From NCBI RefSeq assembly GCF_004010195.1, contig NC_057719.1, positions 53,687,282-53,751,281 of the forward strand: a stretch of 64,000 nt of DNA, written 5' to 3'. This DNA is from Chiloscyllium plagiosum. Lineage: Eukaryota. Under the pieces are notes generated by a model, which had not been told where the DNA came from, made no database searches, and saw only the letters and a list, made by a program, of their open reading frames with translations. Below, piece after piece: positions 12,421-25,967 of this stretch. How positions within the stretch are numbered: position 1 is the first letter of the stretch; every line of letters starts with the position of its first letter. The position numbers and the translations under genes are program-made.

Positions 12421-13392
12421 GCCCCACAGGGAACAGCTTGGCTGTTCACTCTATCCATACCCCTTATGATTTTTAAAATCTCTATAAGGTCATCCCTCAG
12501 TTTCTGACACTCTAGGGAAAATAGCCCCAGTCTATTCAACTTCTCCCCATAGCTCAAACTGTCCAACCCTGGTAACATCCTTATAAAGCTTTTCTGAATC
12601 CTTTCAAGTTTTAAAACCTCCCCCTTATAGCCGGGGGACAAGAAATGCACACAATATTCCAAAGTGGCGTAACCAGTGTCCCGTACAGCCACAACATGAC
12701 CTCCCAACTCCTATACTCAATGCACTGACCAATAAAGGCAAGCATACCAAATGCCGCCTTCACTATCCTCTTAACCAATGGCTTCAATTTCAAGGAAATA
12801 TGAACCTGTACTCAAAGGTCCCATTGTTCAGCAACACTCCACAGGACATTACCAATAAGTGTGTAAGTCCTGCCCTGATCTGCTTTTCCAAAGTGCAACA
12901 CCTCACGTTTATCGAAATTAAACTCCATCTGCCTCTCCTCGGCCCAGTAGCCCAACTGATTCGGCTCCCGTTGTACTCTGAAGTAACCTTCTTTGCTATG
13001 CATTACACCTCCAATCTTAGTGTCATCTGCAAACTTACTAAATATACCTCCTATGTTCACATCCAAATCATTTATGTAAATTACAAAAAGCAGTGGACCC
13101 AGCACCGATTCTTGTGGCACTCCACTGGTCACAGTCCTCCAGTCTGAAAAACAACCCTCCACCACCACCCTCTGTCTTCTACCTTTGAGCCAGTTCTGTA
13201 TCCAAATGGCGAGTTCTCCATGTATTCCATGAGATCTCACCGTGCTAACCAGTATACCTTGTGGAACCTTGTTGAACACCTTACTGATGTCCATATAGAT
13301 CACGTTGACCGCTCTGCCCTCATCATTCCTTTTCATTACTTCTTCAAAAAATGCAATCAAGTTAGTGAGACATGATTTTCCATGCATAAAGC
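12421..13392 (-). mobile_element. CR1/HER1-type LINE RT fragment
   Basis: GKSCLTNL, SGVPQESVLGPLLFVIYIND, KFADDTKIGG and LEYCVHF motifs, with frameshifts. Confidence 0.92.
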
Positions 13393-13785
13393 CTAGTTCT
13401 GGAGCAGAAGTCTTCAATACTATTCCCAGAATGTTGTTCGGACTAATAGCCTTTGCAGTATCCAGTGACATCAGTAACTTTTTGATATCACATGGAGGGA
13501 ACCAATTTGGTTGAAGAATGGCATATGTGATGCTGGAGATCTCAGGGGGAGGTCAAAATAAATTGTTCATTTTGAACTTCTGACTGAGGATGGCTGCAAA
13601 TACTTCAGACTTATCTTTTGCATTGAAGTGCTGTGCTCCTCCATCATCGATCAGAGATATTTATGGAACCTCTACCTCCTGTCAGCTATTTAATTTTTCA
13701 TTTTAGTCCATGGCTGGATGTATTGGGACAACAGAGCTTACATCGGTTATGTTGATTATGGGATTGCTGAGCTCTGCCTGTTATT
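13393..13785 (-). mobile_element. Fragment of a second LINE family (CR1/L2 group), pre-RT region
   Basis: LDTAKAISPNNILGIVLKTSAPEL corresponds to the K(A/S)xGPDxIP...LK pre-RT motif; DNA unlike the HER1-type copies. Confidence 0.65.
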
Positions 13786-15121
13786 AGTGTTATTTGGAAA
13801 AGATATTAGAAACATAGAATAATTAATATCACATATATAGCTGATGATACTTACAATTTATACGTGATAGACTTGCATCAAGGAAAATAATATCTGAATT
13901 CAATTCAAGTTCTGGAATATAAGACAGCTATCAAGATGTCATAATTTAATAAAAAACAACCATGGATCGATTATGCTTTCTTCTCATATTTGGTGAACCT
14001 GGCTCCAGTTTGAAACACAAATTACAGCAAGGCATAAAGCTCTTCTGTGGCATTGCTAATTTATTTAGGGCAGTAACCTTCGAATACTTTGCAACACAAC
14101 TAGTTCAATGAGCTCAGTTTCCTGTACCAGCTTTGATCTCCTTTTATAACTCACTGATAAGAGGGCACATGTGCAGTAATGTTTCTGATTGTGAGTGATT
14201 ACTTGATCTATTGTGTATAGATCTAAAGCTATCCAGTTCTGGAGTCAGGAACTTTGAGTTTCTTACATGGAGAACAGTCGAACTTCAAGCTTTATTAAAT
14301 TGACTTTCTCATGTTCAATCAGCAACCTCTTGCAGCAATGTGTTTGGATTTAAGCAGAATGTTAATGCGTGAAACTTTTTTACTTTGCTGTCTCTGAAAC
14401 AATAGCTGTTTGTGGTTGCCAGAAATATAATGAAACTAGAAGAACAGCTTCATGGATTGAATTGATTTGGACATTTATTAAAAATTCCAAAGTCACTGGC
14501 ATTGATCCCAAAAGTAACATAATTGCTCATAAACAATGGCATACATTCATTGTGTTGGAAGCAATCAAATATGATGACCAGTTGTGAAAGGTTTTATTAA
14601 AATTATTTTCTATTTGAGGAAGTTTTATTTCTTTTGATTCCTTAGAGAACCTAAGTAAGTTTCAGTAATGCTTTGTATAAAGTAGGATTTGTGCTGTTTT
14701 AAGTAGCAGATTAATGGATCCCTTCAGCATACAATGATGAATAATATTGTGCAGTGATGTTGACCCATGTCAGACACATACCCACACATCTGAAACCACA
14801 ATTGGAAGCATAGCACTGTGTACAATTCAATGCAATAATACCAAGCTAGTTCAGTAGTCAGGGCACTGACTCACTGTTCCAAGCCCATGTATGCTGAGTT
14901 TCTTTACAGCAATCTGCAGAAAAATGTAATTAACAGTGCATTCCAGTTTGCCAACCATGCACCTTGCTTTATGCATGAAAATTTGATTGTAAAGACAGTC
15001 AAATAACTAATTACTACTTTCATTTGATTAGAGGATTTGAGCTTTGATGACAAGGCCAGTAGTTGCTGGCTGTCCCTAATTGATCTTGCTCAGGTTGTAG
15101 TAAACTACCTTCTTGAAACAA

Positions 15122-15190
15122 AAGTTAAACAGGTTATAGTCCAATCGGTTTAATTGGAAGCACACTGGATTTCGGAGCATCGCTCCATCG
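15122..15190 (-). mobile_element. Short PLE-terminal insert (family of 61201-61395)
   Basis: caggttatagtccaa...tttaattggaagcac...tttcggagcatcgctcc; flanked by tgaaacaa at 15114-15121 and 15191-15198. Confidence 0.6.
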
Positions 15191-15704
15191 TGAAACAATG
15201 TAGTCCTTGGGATATAGGGACATCCACCGAACTCACAAAGAGGAGCAATGACTCAGCAATGATAAATAAGTGGAGATATATTTCCAAGTCAGAATGCTGT
15301 GTGACTTGGAGGGGATCTGTCAAGTGTTGGTCTGCCACCCTAATGCTTTTAGGTGGTAGACATTGTGGGTTTGGAAGATATTTTCAAATGAGTCTTGGCA
15401 AGTTGCTATAGTGCATCCTGTTGATGGTACACACTGCTGCCAATGTGTGCCCATGCTTAAAAAACTGGCAAGGAAGCAGGCCACTATTATGTTAAGCACT
15501 CTTCTGGACTATTGGTGCGTACTGAATCACACTTTTCACTTGTCCCTTGCAAATAATGGAAAGGGTTTGGAAACAGGAAATGAGACACTCACCACAGAAT
15601 TCCTAGCCTTTGAGCTAATCTTGTAGCTATAGCACTTTATGTGGCTGGCTCAGTTAATATTTTCATTATCGTTAACCCTATGATATCGATTATGAGAAGC
15701 TCAG

Positions 15705-15906
15705 AGTCAAAAGGTGTGGCACTGGAAAAGCACAGCTGGTCAGGCAGCATCCAAAGAGCAGGAGAGTTGACATTTGGGGCATAAGCTCTTCATCGCTCCA
15801 AAAGTCGATTCTCCTGCTCCTCAGATGCTGCCTGACCTGTTGTGCTTTGACAGCACCTCACTGTTTGACTCTGACCTCCAGCATCTGCAGTCCTCACTTT
15901 CTCCTA
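15705..15906. mobile_element. Fold-back PLE-terminal insert
   Basis: Two inverted copies of the PLE end sequence; imperfect TSD atgagaagctcag (15692-15704) / atgaaaagttcag (15907-15919). Confidence 0.75.
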
Positions 15907-17109
15907 ATGAAAAGTTCAGCACTAGTAGTAAAATTGATAACCAAGGAGAAATGGCTAGGTTGTTTCTTTTTGGAGTTACGTTGTTAAAATGTTACTTGCA
16001 ACATATCACTCTAAACCTTAATGTTCTTTAGGTCTAACTAGATGCAATCATACGCTGCTTCACTGTCTGAGAAATTGCAAATTGACCTGAAGTCTGTGTA
16101 GATATTAGACATCATTTCCAATTCTAAATATGTTCTGAAAGGAAGATAATTAAGAAGGAACTGAAGATCCTAGGTCCCAAAAGAAACTCCTGTTGCACTA
16201 TCTTGAGGTTCACACGACAAGTCTCCACTGATCATACTTGTGCTCAGTGTGCCTCAAACCAGTGGAAGGATTTCCCCAGCTTTGCATGTATTTCAATAAT
16301 ATTTGGACTCCATAATGTCACACTTGATCAAGATGCCATAAAATTCCTGTGGTGTAAAAGATTTACTCTAGCAAAAGTTACTGAGCATATGTGGAAAGAG
16401 ATATATAATAGTGGCGTTGTTTCATATATATCTGGAAGCAGCATTTGTAGGTTTTCAGATGTCCCTTCTAATGTCTCTTGCTTATAGTTATGTTTAATGC
16501 AGCCTGTTGATGGTTACTGAACAAGATTGTGGATTTTTCCTTACAACATTGTTTCAAGATCCATGGAATAGGAGGCAAATGGCAACTATCACCCCAAATC
16601 AACACATTCTTATGGGTAAAGAGCAAGGTCAAGCCAGCAATCCAAACCACGACACCAGCAAAAAATCTGAAAAGAAACTTAGCAGTGATAGGACATAATG
16701 ATCTTTAGCAAGCACAGACTTTAAGACCCAGCTAGACACCTGAACCCTGCAGAGGCAAAGTCTGTATGACAGTTAAAATCATATGGAAGAAAGCCCACAG
16801 CAGAATATATGGTAGGTTTATACAAGGAAATTAATTGTAAAGAAAATTAATCATAAAGAGTACAGCAGTGTATGCATACAGAAGTCTTTACAGATAGGGA
16901 AGAAAAGAGCATTTTATGAGTCCACCGCAGAAAGCACATAACGAAACAGAATATAGTCAATTATATTAAAGTATCTTTCTGGCAGGAATTAGGCCCAAAC
17001 AATAATATAAAGGATCAGGAGTGCCAAGAGTGAAACCAGAATAGAGCTGCATTGCAGCACACAGTAGAAATACAACCTTGCTTTAATCAGACCCTCGGGA
17101 GAACATGGA

Positions 17110-17890
17110 GGGCCTTGACCAGGCTATCTATTAGGCACAGCAGCACTAACAGCTTTAGCAGAGACTGTCCTGATCTGGGTTTCAATAAAAAGCCAAACAA
17201 AGACAAGGTCAATGTATTATATGCAATTGGTAAGAGTGCTGAGGCCATTACCCACCAAGCACAGGACAATGCAACATACGACAAGTTAATTAAAGCCTTT
17301 GACTCCTAATTCAGTTCAAACCAAAACACCATTATAGTTTGAGCCAAGTTTAGTTGGAACAACCAGGAGCCAGAGGAAAACCATAGATTATTTTATAAAT
17401 TATTTATTGCATTGCTTGGAATAATTTGGAATGTAGATCCTTGAAAATGGAGCTCATATAGAACCATGCTGTAATGCAGGTGCAGGGTGAAGGACTTCCA
17501 GATATTTTGTTATCACAAGCAGAGCACATGACCATATCGGTTGAACTTCACAAGCAGAACAAATTTCATATCTGACGAAAAGCAGAGATTTTCTCCGGGG
17601 TGGGCCCACTAACTGTGACTCTGTCCAGTTTGATAATCAACAGCCTATTAAAGTGCCAGAAAGGCAGAACCCACAAAGGGATGAGGCTGTTGCTCCTAAT
17701 ATTTCTTTGGTAGGGAAGTTTCATATCACCACAAACTCTGCTCAGCCACCCATGCTGAAAGTCATGCATGCCTTAAGATGTGCCATTTTTCAGGTGGTTT
17801 GTCAGAGACATATTGAAGGTTTCAAAACACACCACCCCAGCCTGTAACTGTCTAAAGGCAAAGATGCTTCTGGGGACCAAGAAATGTTGT
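17110..17890 (+). pseudogene. Decayed Ty3/Gypsy gag-like region
   Basis: KVNVLYAIGKSAEAI...YDKLIKAFDS*F...NTIIV*AKF..NNQEPEE resembles the Gypsy gag QVxTLLY.MG...YDxxxxxFDxYF...N.I.ERAKF..R.Q motif. Confidence 0.55.
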
Positions 17891-19994
17891 TTTTGGCGGA
17901 AATTGGTAATTCAGCAACATAACTAATAAAATGCTAACCAGACAAGAATACATACTTTAGCCCAAATTAAATCATTAAGTTGAGATGCATCGACAATCTG
18001 CGGAAACACTCCAAGCTTCTGTCAGTGAAGAGGAAGAGGACCAAACTACTAATCTTATAGAGAAACAGACTTTCTTGGCAAAGCTTAAGCTTCAGAATCG
18101 AACGGAGCTTAAACAGACCAAAGTGAAATAAAAATTGGAGCAGTCTAACTACCTCAAAGAAATTGCTACTTGAAAGTTCCAACTAACAATACTCGCATCA
18201 TAAAATATAGCCTTGGGGCAGAATTTTTCCCAGCCTCTGAAAGCTGTGGGCAGTCATGAGTCTGTTGGGAAAACACAGTGAGTACTAAATGAGTTTCTTG
18301 GCATCGAGAAAAGGAAGTCCAGTTCTGCCCCCAAGTTTGAAATTGCAAGATAATAATCTTGATATTAAGTGGGGGGAGGCCTATTTGCTTTTATTTACAT
18401 TTCAGTAGTACATAATCCCTCCTCGTTGACATGCGGTTCCTATTCTGCCAACTGCCAGATACAAATTAAATGGAGACAATTCCTGATATGTAAATTGGCA
18501 GATCCAATTTGCCACTTACGCCATTTTTGATTGTAGGCCCCAATATCTCAGGGCATTTCCAGAAACTGCCTATACTACCCATCAACTGAAGTTGGCATCA
18601 GATACACACCAACCTCACCAAATCATCATGGCGCATCCCTGACCCACTTAGAATATAGTTCCCTATTTCAATGCTGCGTTTGGAGTGTACTGGCACCTTT
18701 CATTGGAACGCTGCTGCCAGGACAGGAACAGGTAGCCCTTTCATGGATTGGACCTGGGTGCATCTCAGGATGCATTTGCTCTCTTAGCACTCAATCACTA
18801 ATTTTTGCCCTATTCAGATAATCACAGCATCTCTTCCTTGCCTTACCTTTTTGTCATCTCATTCAGAATGTACAGAACTTATATTAGAGAACTCACAATT
18901 CTTCTGTTTTGCATTTCAATAGTGCCTAATCCCTCCTCATTGACATGCAGTTTTTGAAATATCAATTTAAACATTTATTTGTACTCAGGGAAGTATTTTT
19001 AATAAGAGTTTTCAATAAATCCTGAAAACATTGCACAAGTTTGAAACTTGGGGATTTTTCAAAATCACAAATTCCACATTCCAACAACTTAAAGGAAAAT
19101 ACCATTTTCAATGAAAAATAATCAAAACAATTCTTGATTATATGCACATCAATAATACACATATTTGCAAGCTGGAGAAGAAAATGAAATGTAAGAAATT
19201 AACTTTCCTTTGCAGTGGTGATAATTGTGGAAGATGTTTCATCACAATTAATCTCTTATATGATCTTCCTGTTCCCAAGACTACCACATAACATTCCCTT
19301 TAGGCAGCAATGAATCAGCAGACAAATGATGCATTTTGCATCCCTTTGTGAAAAATGTGCTGTTGTAGTGTTAATTATATGATCCTTCAACAACTGTATT
19401 GGGATACTACATAAATTCTGAAAGCATCTGCAAGTTATTTTCCAAACAGTAATATTGCAAATAATGTACACATTTTGAAAGCATCTGCAAATTATGTTTC
19501 CATTACAAATAATGTACAAATTATGTTACATTTTCAAAAATTCCCTATAAGGTACAAAAGCAATGCTGCTTTCAATGTTTTTGATTTCAAATCAAAGCCA
19601 GAACTTTTCTGAGGCTTATTCTACAATGACTGCTTCTATCCACGTTGCTTTATGAGATGGCACTCTTGTAGGAAGATGTTTTTTTGCTTGCAGAGCCTGA
19701 TGGAAGGCCTTGATGTAACTGCAATCAAATGAAGCAGGCAAACTTTCCATCTAAACCCTATTTGAATTGAGCTGTACACAGTTATCGCAATGATTGATTT
19801 TTTTCCCCTCTGTACTGATTTTTCTTTAAGTCAGTAAACCATTTACTTTCAATAGCACACACAATATTCTTGTAAGTAGAAAACTGTCAGCTTGAAACAG
19901 TTATTTAGGAAGGCTTCCCTTAGATGTAAAATGGTTCAGATTTAACAATGTGGCAGAGAAGGGGTTGTTGGATTAGATTTTTTTTTTTTTTTTT

Positions 19995-20270
19995 TAAGAT
20001 TAGATTACAGTGTGGAAACAGGCCCTTCGGCCCAACAAGTCCACACCGACCCGCCGAAGCGAAACCCACCCATACCCCTACATTTACCCCTAATCTAACA
20101 CTACGGGCAATTTAGTACGGCCAATTCACCTGACTCTGCACATCTTTGGATTGTGGGAGGAAACCGGAGCACCCGGAGGAAACCCACGCAGACACGGGGA
20201 GAACGTGCAAACTCCACACAGTCAGTCGCCTGAGGCGGGAATTGAACCCGGGTCTCTGGCGCTGTGAGGT
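19995..20270 (-). mobile_element. HE1-type V-SINE (tRNA-derived), young, slightly 5'-truncated
   Basis: Reverse complement has B-box gggttcaattccc, V-domain tgtgtggagtttgcacgttctccccgtgtctgcgtgggtttcctccggg and CR1-like tail ttgggccgaagggcctgtttcc; CpG-rich. Confidence 0.9.
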
Positions 20271-20639
20271 GTCATTTATAATCCCAATTATGTTCTGTCA
20301 ATATGAGAAATAGATTTCTTTAATAGAAATACATTGTGATAGCTTGTTGTTCAAGATATTGGAATAAATGTTCCAAATTTTTTGGTAACGTGTTCTACCG
20401 AGTGACATTGATGGAGGACTGCCTGGCATGGCCAATGTCAATGGGGTCTGTCATGCAATTATCTGGTCTTCAGTTCATTAATTGTGCAGCTGGCCTGTAC
20501 AGCACCAGCACCATGGAATCATGTGGCAGGAAAGGTAGAAATGCTTGCCTCTGCCTGGATTTTGCTGTCGCCATGGTTAAAGACCAGCTCCACAGCACTT
20601 CAGATGCCATAGCGGGAACTGCTCTTCCCAATGTGTGGT

Positions 20640-20850
20640 TCGACCATCGTCACTGAAAGGCAAGTTCAACCCTCACTTTTCTGATGGAGATCTGTACTGC
20701 TGGTGGGCTGGGGTGGGGGTGGGGGGTGGTGGTGTTGATGAAAAGGAGCCACCTCAAGATTGCTTTGTACCTGTTGTCCATAATGAGATATTTCACTGCA
20801 TAACATACAGATATCAAGAGCTGACCAAAGCCTTAAAAGTCATCTAAACT
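20640..20850 (+). pseudogene. Possible Harbinger Myb/SANT N-terminal remnant
   Basis: KGKFNPHFSDGDL resembles the P-x-F-S-x-x-D-L start of Myb/SANT-like domains and KVAPPFCYRDL at 30083; short and weak. Confidence 0.25.
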
Positions 20851-21123
20851 TAATGCAACACTGTCCGACTTGACTTGTCACACTACCAGCTGCTATCTCC
20901 TGACTGATGTAATTTTCAGATAGTTCAAGGTGAGGTTTCCTAAAGCTAACACACATGCATTCATGTTGACAAGAAAACATTTATTCAGCAACAGCAAGGT
21001 GTGCGGAAAGAACAAATTTTCCTTGTACTATGGGCCTTCTTGCCATATAACTAGCAGAAAGTCATGAAATGAAAGGAAGGGGTTTCAATGAGGTTCCATC
21101 TGCCCACCTTATGCTTGACGGTG

Positions 21124-22368
21124 CATAGAGTGATAGTCACAGAGTAATAGAGATGTACAGCACAGAAATAGACCCATTGGTCCAACTCGTCTATGCCGAC
21201 CAGATATCCCAATCCAATCTAGTCCCACCTGCCAGCACTCGGCCTATATCCCTCCAAACCCTTCCTATTCATATACCCATCCAGATGCCTGTTAAATGTT
21301 CCAATCGTAGTAGCCTCCACCACTTCCTCTGGCAGCTCATTCCATACACGTACCACCCTCTGCGTGAAAAAGTTGCTCCTTAGATCTCTTTTATATCTTT
21401 CCCCTCTCACCCTAAACCTATGCCCTCTAGTTCTGGACTCCCTGACCCCAGGGAAAAGACTTTGTCTATTTATCCTATCTGTGCCCATCATGATTTTATA
21501 AACCTCCATAAGGTCACTCTTCAGCCTCCGACACTCCAGGGAAAACAGCCTCAGCCTGTTCAGCCTCTCCCTGTAGCTCAAAACCTCCGACCTTGGCAAT
21601 ATCCTTGTAAATCTTTTCTGAACCCTTTCAAATTTCACAACATCTTTCCGATAGGAAGGACACCAGAATTGCACACAATATTCCAAAAGTGGCCTAACCA
21701 TGTCCTGTACAGCTGCAGCATTGCATCCCAAATCCTGTACTCAATACTCTGACCAATAAAGGAAAGCATACCAAACGCCTTCTTCACTATCCTATCTATC
21801 TGTGCCTCTACTTTCAAGGAGCTATGAAAATGCACTCCAAGGTCTTTTTGTTCAGCAACACTCTCTTGGACCTTACTATTAAATGTAAAGTATGCTAAAA
21901 TTTGCTTTTCCAAAATGCAGCATCTTGCATTTATCAAAATTAAATTCTTTCTGCAATTTCTCAACCCATTGGTTCGTTTGATCAAGATCGTGTTGTAATC
22001 TGAGGTAACCTTCCTCACTGTCCACTACACCTCCAATTTTGATGTCATCTGCAAACTTACTAACTATTCCTCTTATGCTCACATCCAAATAATTTATGTA
22101 AATGATGAAAAGTAGTGGACCCAGTACCAATCCTTGTGGCGCTCCTCTGGTCACAGGCCTCCAGTCTGAAAACAACCCTTCACCACCACTTTTTGTCTTC
22201 TACCTTTGAGCCAGTTCTGTATCCAAATGGCTAGTTCTCCTTTTATTCCATGAGATCTAACCATGCTAACCAGTCTCCCATGAGGAACCTTGTCGAAAGA
22301 CTTACTGAAGTCCAGAGAGATCACGTCCACAGCTCTGCCCTCATCAATCCTCTTTGTTACCTCTTCAA
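21124..22368 (-). mobile_element. CR1/HER1-type LINE, 5'-truncated with 3' end
   Basis: RT motifs (GAPQGLVLGPLLF, KFADD, LEYCVQFW, TRGH, FFTQRVVRVWNELP) and ctctatgac-type tail. Confidence 0.95.
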
Positions 22369-22439
22369 GCTTTAAGATGCTCTCTTAGATGTCTCACCCA
22401 GTCAATGACCTGTTAATATTCTCATCTTGATTTTCAGTG

Positions 22440-22935
22440 AATTGCTCTTGATCCCCCAGTGTCACTGCATCCAGGACATTTCCCTTTTGTAAGCTCCAGT
22501 TATGAAGGACACAGTGGTGCAGTGCACACACACCTTTCTGGGCTATAGTGCATGGAGCAGTTCAAGTATTTGAATCCTCATCTTAATAAATGTGTTTACT
22601 CTGGTCCAGGTGGAAGGATGAGCAGTGTTGTATCCGAGTCTGTCTGGGGATTTTGTGACATGAACTATGCTAGAGGGGATAGCCCTTGTCTCTCAGCAGT
22701 CATTCATGTACAGCTGACTGTGAAGTTGAGAATCTGTGAATTCTCTGTTATATAAAGGCCCTAGTGTCTTCCAGGATATCTGACACCAAGCTCCAAAACT
22801 TGCCATCAGTGGCCATATATAATGTGACCATTGATAGGGTAGAAGGCTTTTTGATTGAGCAGACTGGTGATAGAGCTCTCTCAAAGTAGTCTACAGAGCA
22901 CTGTATCTGAGGGAAGCCAGCTATAGTGGAGAATC
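22440..22935 (-). pseudogene. PIF/Harbinger (HARBI1-like) DDE transposase remnant
   Basis: Minus-strand translation across frameshifts gives, in order, FSTIAGFPQIQCSVDY, LNQKAFYPINGH, RYPGRH, LLRDKGYPL, YNTAHPST, KMR-FKYLN, HYSPER, CVLHN, matching HARBI1-family motifs GFP..G.ID, NRKGFHS.N, PGS.HD, LLGD.GYPL, YN..H..TR, LK.RF, LHN. Confidence 0.8.
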
Positions 22936-24487
22936 ATAAGCTACATGCCTGTCCTCATCTTAGAGAAACGATATGGGGAGCTGTGCTCTGAAGAAGGTTT
23001 AATCAGTTCCATCTTGAATGGAGTTATGGGTTGAGGATTTGAAGATGGTGCAGGATCCCCAGTTGTTTCTTGGAGCACAGGCTCTAGCTCAGATGTTTGA
23101 GCTGGTAGTCTGTGCAGCATGATGCATATAGAATTGCACTTCAGTAGCTGTTCTTCTTGCATCCTCATGACTTCCCTCCCATTTCCATTAATCCCCTTTA
23201 TATACTGTTAATTCAACTGTTTTAATCCCTGATCCCATGGGTTTGTGATTTGCCACACACTATTGGCCAAACGTTCTCATGTTGAGGGTAGAGTGATTGT
23301 GATTTATAAGAATCCACCTGCCCCATCCCCCAGGTAATTTCAGTCCCCTCTATGCTCTATGACTTTCACTCTTGTATCTTTAATTACATCCTTTTGCTAT
23401 CATCATTACCTCAACTATCCAGCCCAATGAACCCTTTTTCCAGTTCCCACTTTCCTCAAAACTGCCCCTAATAAACCACTGACCATTAATGCTTAAATTC
23501 CCAAGACTCACCATGGACCAACCCATTAATGAACTCGGCAGAACAGCCCCAACTAAGAACAGTCTAGTCCCTGGATTGTCTCCATAACGCCTGACTGGCC
23601 TATCTGTAAACTGCAGATTGATTGTACTTGACCTGTGGGACTGACTGTGGCTCAATCTCAAGACTGCAAGGACAATGATTAACGAGTGTCTGCCTGACCA
23701 TGGACAATTCCCTGGAATGAAATCAGATAACTCCTTTGATTGAGTGTGGCGCTACCTGCTGACTGACTTTCTCTTTATTGAAAACTGGTGCCTCTTGACT
23801 TTCAGACATAGCCATCTGCTGAATGCTGCATGTTTGCCACAAGATACTATAGGTGTGACAATGGCATAATGTAGTGCTGTAAGCAATAAGACCAGCCCCT
23901 TGACTGTTCAGCACCTTGTCTCTTTTCTCCATGCTAAAATGCAGTGAAAACTAGAGAGGGTGTAGATTAGTACTGAAAAGCTGATATGCTGTAAAGGAAT
24001 GCAACAGAGAGGCCAGCAGCCCAATGCAAGCATAAAGTGAGTGAGCGCTAAGAAAGTAAGCTAAAGCTACAAGATGTGTCCTGTGCAGATTTGTAAGGTG
24101 GATGTGTGGCCCTGTGGGCAAAGTGGCCTGACAGAAGCATGCAAGGCATCAGTCTCTCTGAGCTCCAAAGTGATGTCCTGAAGGGCTGAAGTGGTGTGTG
24201 AGCAGCAAGATGATGAGCTGGTAGTTTGGTGATGCCCACTTATGTTGATGAAGGGTGGAATAGAATGGTGCCCAAGGAGCATAGAAGGAAATAGGAATGT
24301 GGAGGCACTGTGTAAAGGCCTGCAGAAGCCAGCAGCTAGTCACTCTTTGTGCCATCTTGTTTCACAGGAAAGGATGGAAGAATTAGGAGTTGATTAGAAA
24401 TGAGGGGAGCTTTGCTAATAATAATATCTAAGCAGATGAAAATAGGCTAGTCTCTACTCCTTTTGATATTCAAAACTCACCATCTAG

Positions 24488-25885
24488 TGGTAAGAAAAAG
24501 CCAGGGAACTATAGACAGGTGAGCCTGACATCATGGTGGGCAAGTTGTTGAAGGGAATCCTCAGGGACAGGATTTACATGTATTTGGAAAGGAAAGGACT
24601 GATTAGGGATAGTCAACATGGTTTTGTGTGTGGGAAATCATGTCTCATGAACTTGATTGAGTTTTTTGAAGAAGTAACAAAGAGGATTAATGAGGACAGA
24701 GTGATGGATGTGATATATATGGACTTCAGTCAGGCATTCAACAAGGTTGCTCATGGGAGACTGGTCAGCAAGGTTAGATCACCTGGAATACAGGGAGAAC
24801 CAGCCATTTGAATACAGAACTGGCTTAAAGGTAGAAGACAATGGGTGATGGTGGAGGGGTCGTTTCACAGACTGGAGATCTATGACCAACGGTGTGCCAC
24901 AAAGATTGGTGCTGGATCCACTGCTTTGTGGCATTTATATAAATGATTTAGATGTGAACATAGGAGGTATGGTTAGTAAATTTGCAGGTGACACCAAAAT
25001 TGGAGGTGCAATGGACACTGATGAAGGTTACCTCAGATTACAATGTGATCTTGATCAGATGGGCCAATGGGCTGAGGAGCGTCAGATGAAGTTTAATTTA
25101 GATATATGTGAAATACTGCATTTTGGAAAGGCAAATCAGAGCAGGACTTATACACTTAATGGTAATGTCCTGGAGATTGTTGCTAAACAAAGATTCCTTG
25201 GAGTGTAGATTCATAGTTCCTTGAAAGTGGAGTCGCAGGTAGTTAGGATAGTGGAGAAGGTGTTTGGTATGCTTTCCTTTTTTGGACAGAGCATTGAGTA
25301 TATGAGTGGGGCAGTCATGTTGCAGCTGTATAGAACATTGGTTCGGCCACTTGTGGAAGTGGCGTGCAATTCTGGTTTCCCTCCTATTAGAAAGATGTTG
25401 TGAAACTTGAAAGAGTTCAGAAAAGATTTACAAGGATGTTGCTAGGATTGGAGGATTTGAGCTACAGGGAAAGGTGAATAGGCTGGGGCTATTTTTCCTG
25501 GACCATCAGAGGCTGAGGGGTGACCTTATAGAGGTGTATAAAATTATGAGGGGCATGGATAGGATAAGTAGACAAGGTATTTTCTCTTGGGTGGGGGAGT
25601 CCAGAAATAGAGGCATAGGTTTAGGGTGAGAGGGGAAAAGCTTAAAAGGGACCTAAGGGGCAACTTTTCCACTCAGAGGGTGGTGCATGAGCTGCCAGAG
25701 GAAGTGGTGGAGCCTAGTACAACCACAACATTAAAAAGGCATCTGGATGGGTATATGAATAGAAGGGGTTTGCAGTGATATGGGCCAATTGTTGGCAAAT
25801 GGGACTGGTTTACGTTAGGATATCTGGTTGGCATGGACAAGTTGGACAGAAGAGTTTGTTTCAGTGTCGTACATCACTATGACTC
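24488..25885 (+). mobile_element. CR1/HER1-type LINE, 5'-truncated with 3' end
   Basis: NYRQVSLTS, QHGFVCGKSCL, MDFSQAFNKV, GVPQ, KFAGDTKIGG motifs and 3' tail. Confidence 0.95.
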
Positions 25886-25967
25886 AAGATCCTTAGCAGA
25901 ATATTGGGAACTTATTCTTGAGGACAGAAACCTGATTTTTTTCATTCTTGCCTTACTCTCCCAATGT

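Larger units (their letters stand above)
15020..16340 (-). mobile_element. Decayed LINE of the second family, with two nested PLE-terminal inserts
   Basis: Collinear similarity to 33365-34860 (3' tail ggccagt...gtccctaattg; gtgacttggaggggatct; ccatcctcc-like blocks). Confidence 0.5.

Noticed and set aside
12812..13471. 219-aa RT ORF as a functional chimeric gene
   Set aside because: Chance in-frame junction at about 13392 between fragments of two LINE families; RT is incomplete and flanked by frameshifts.
19415..19530. Short imperfect duplication (tgaaagcatctgcaa...aaataatgtaca)
   Set aside because: Ordinary local AT-rich tandem duplication with no further structure.
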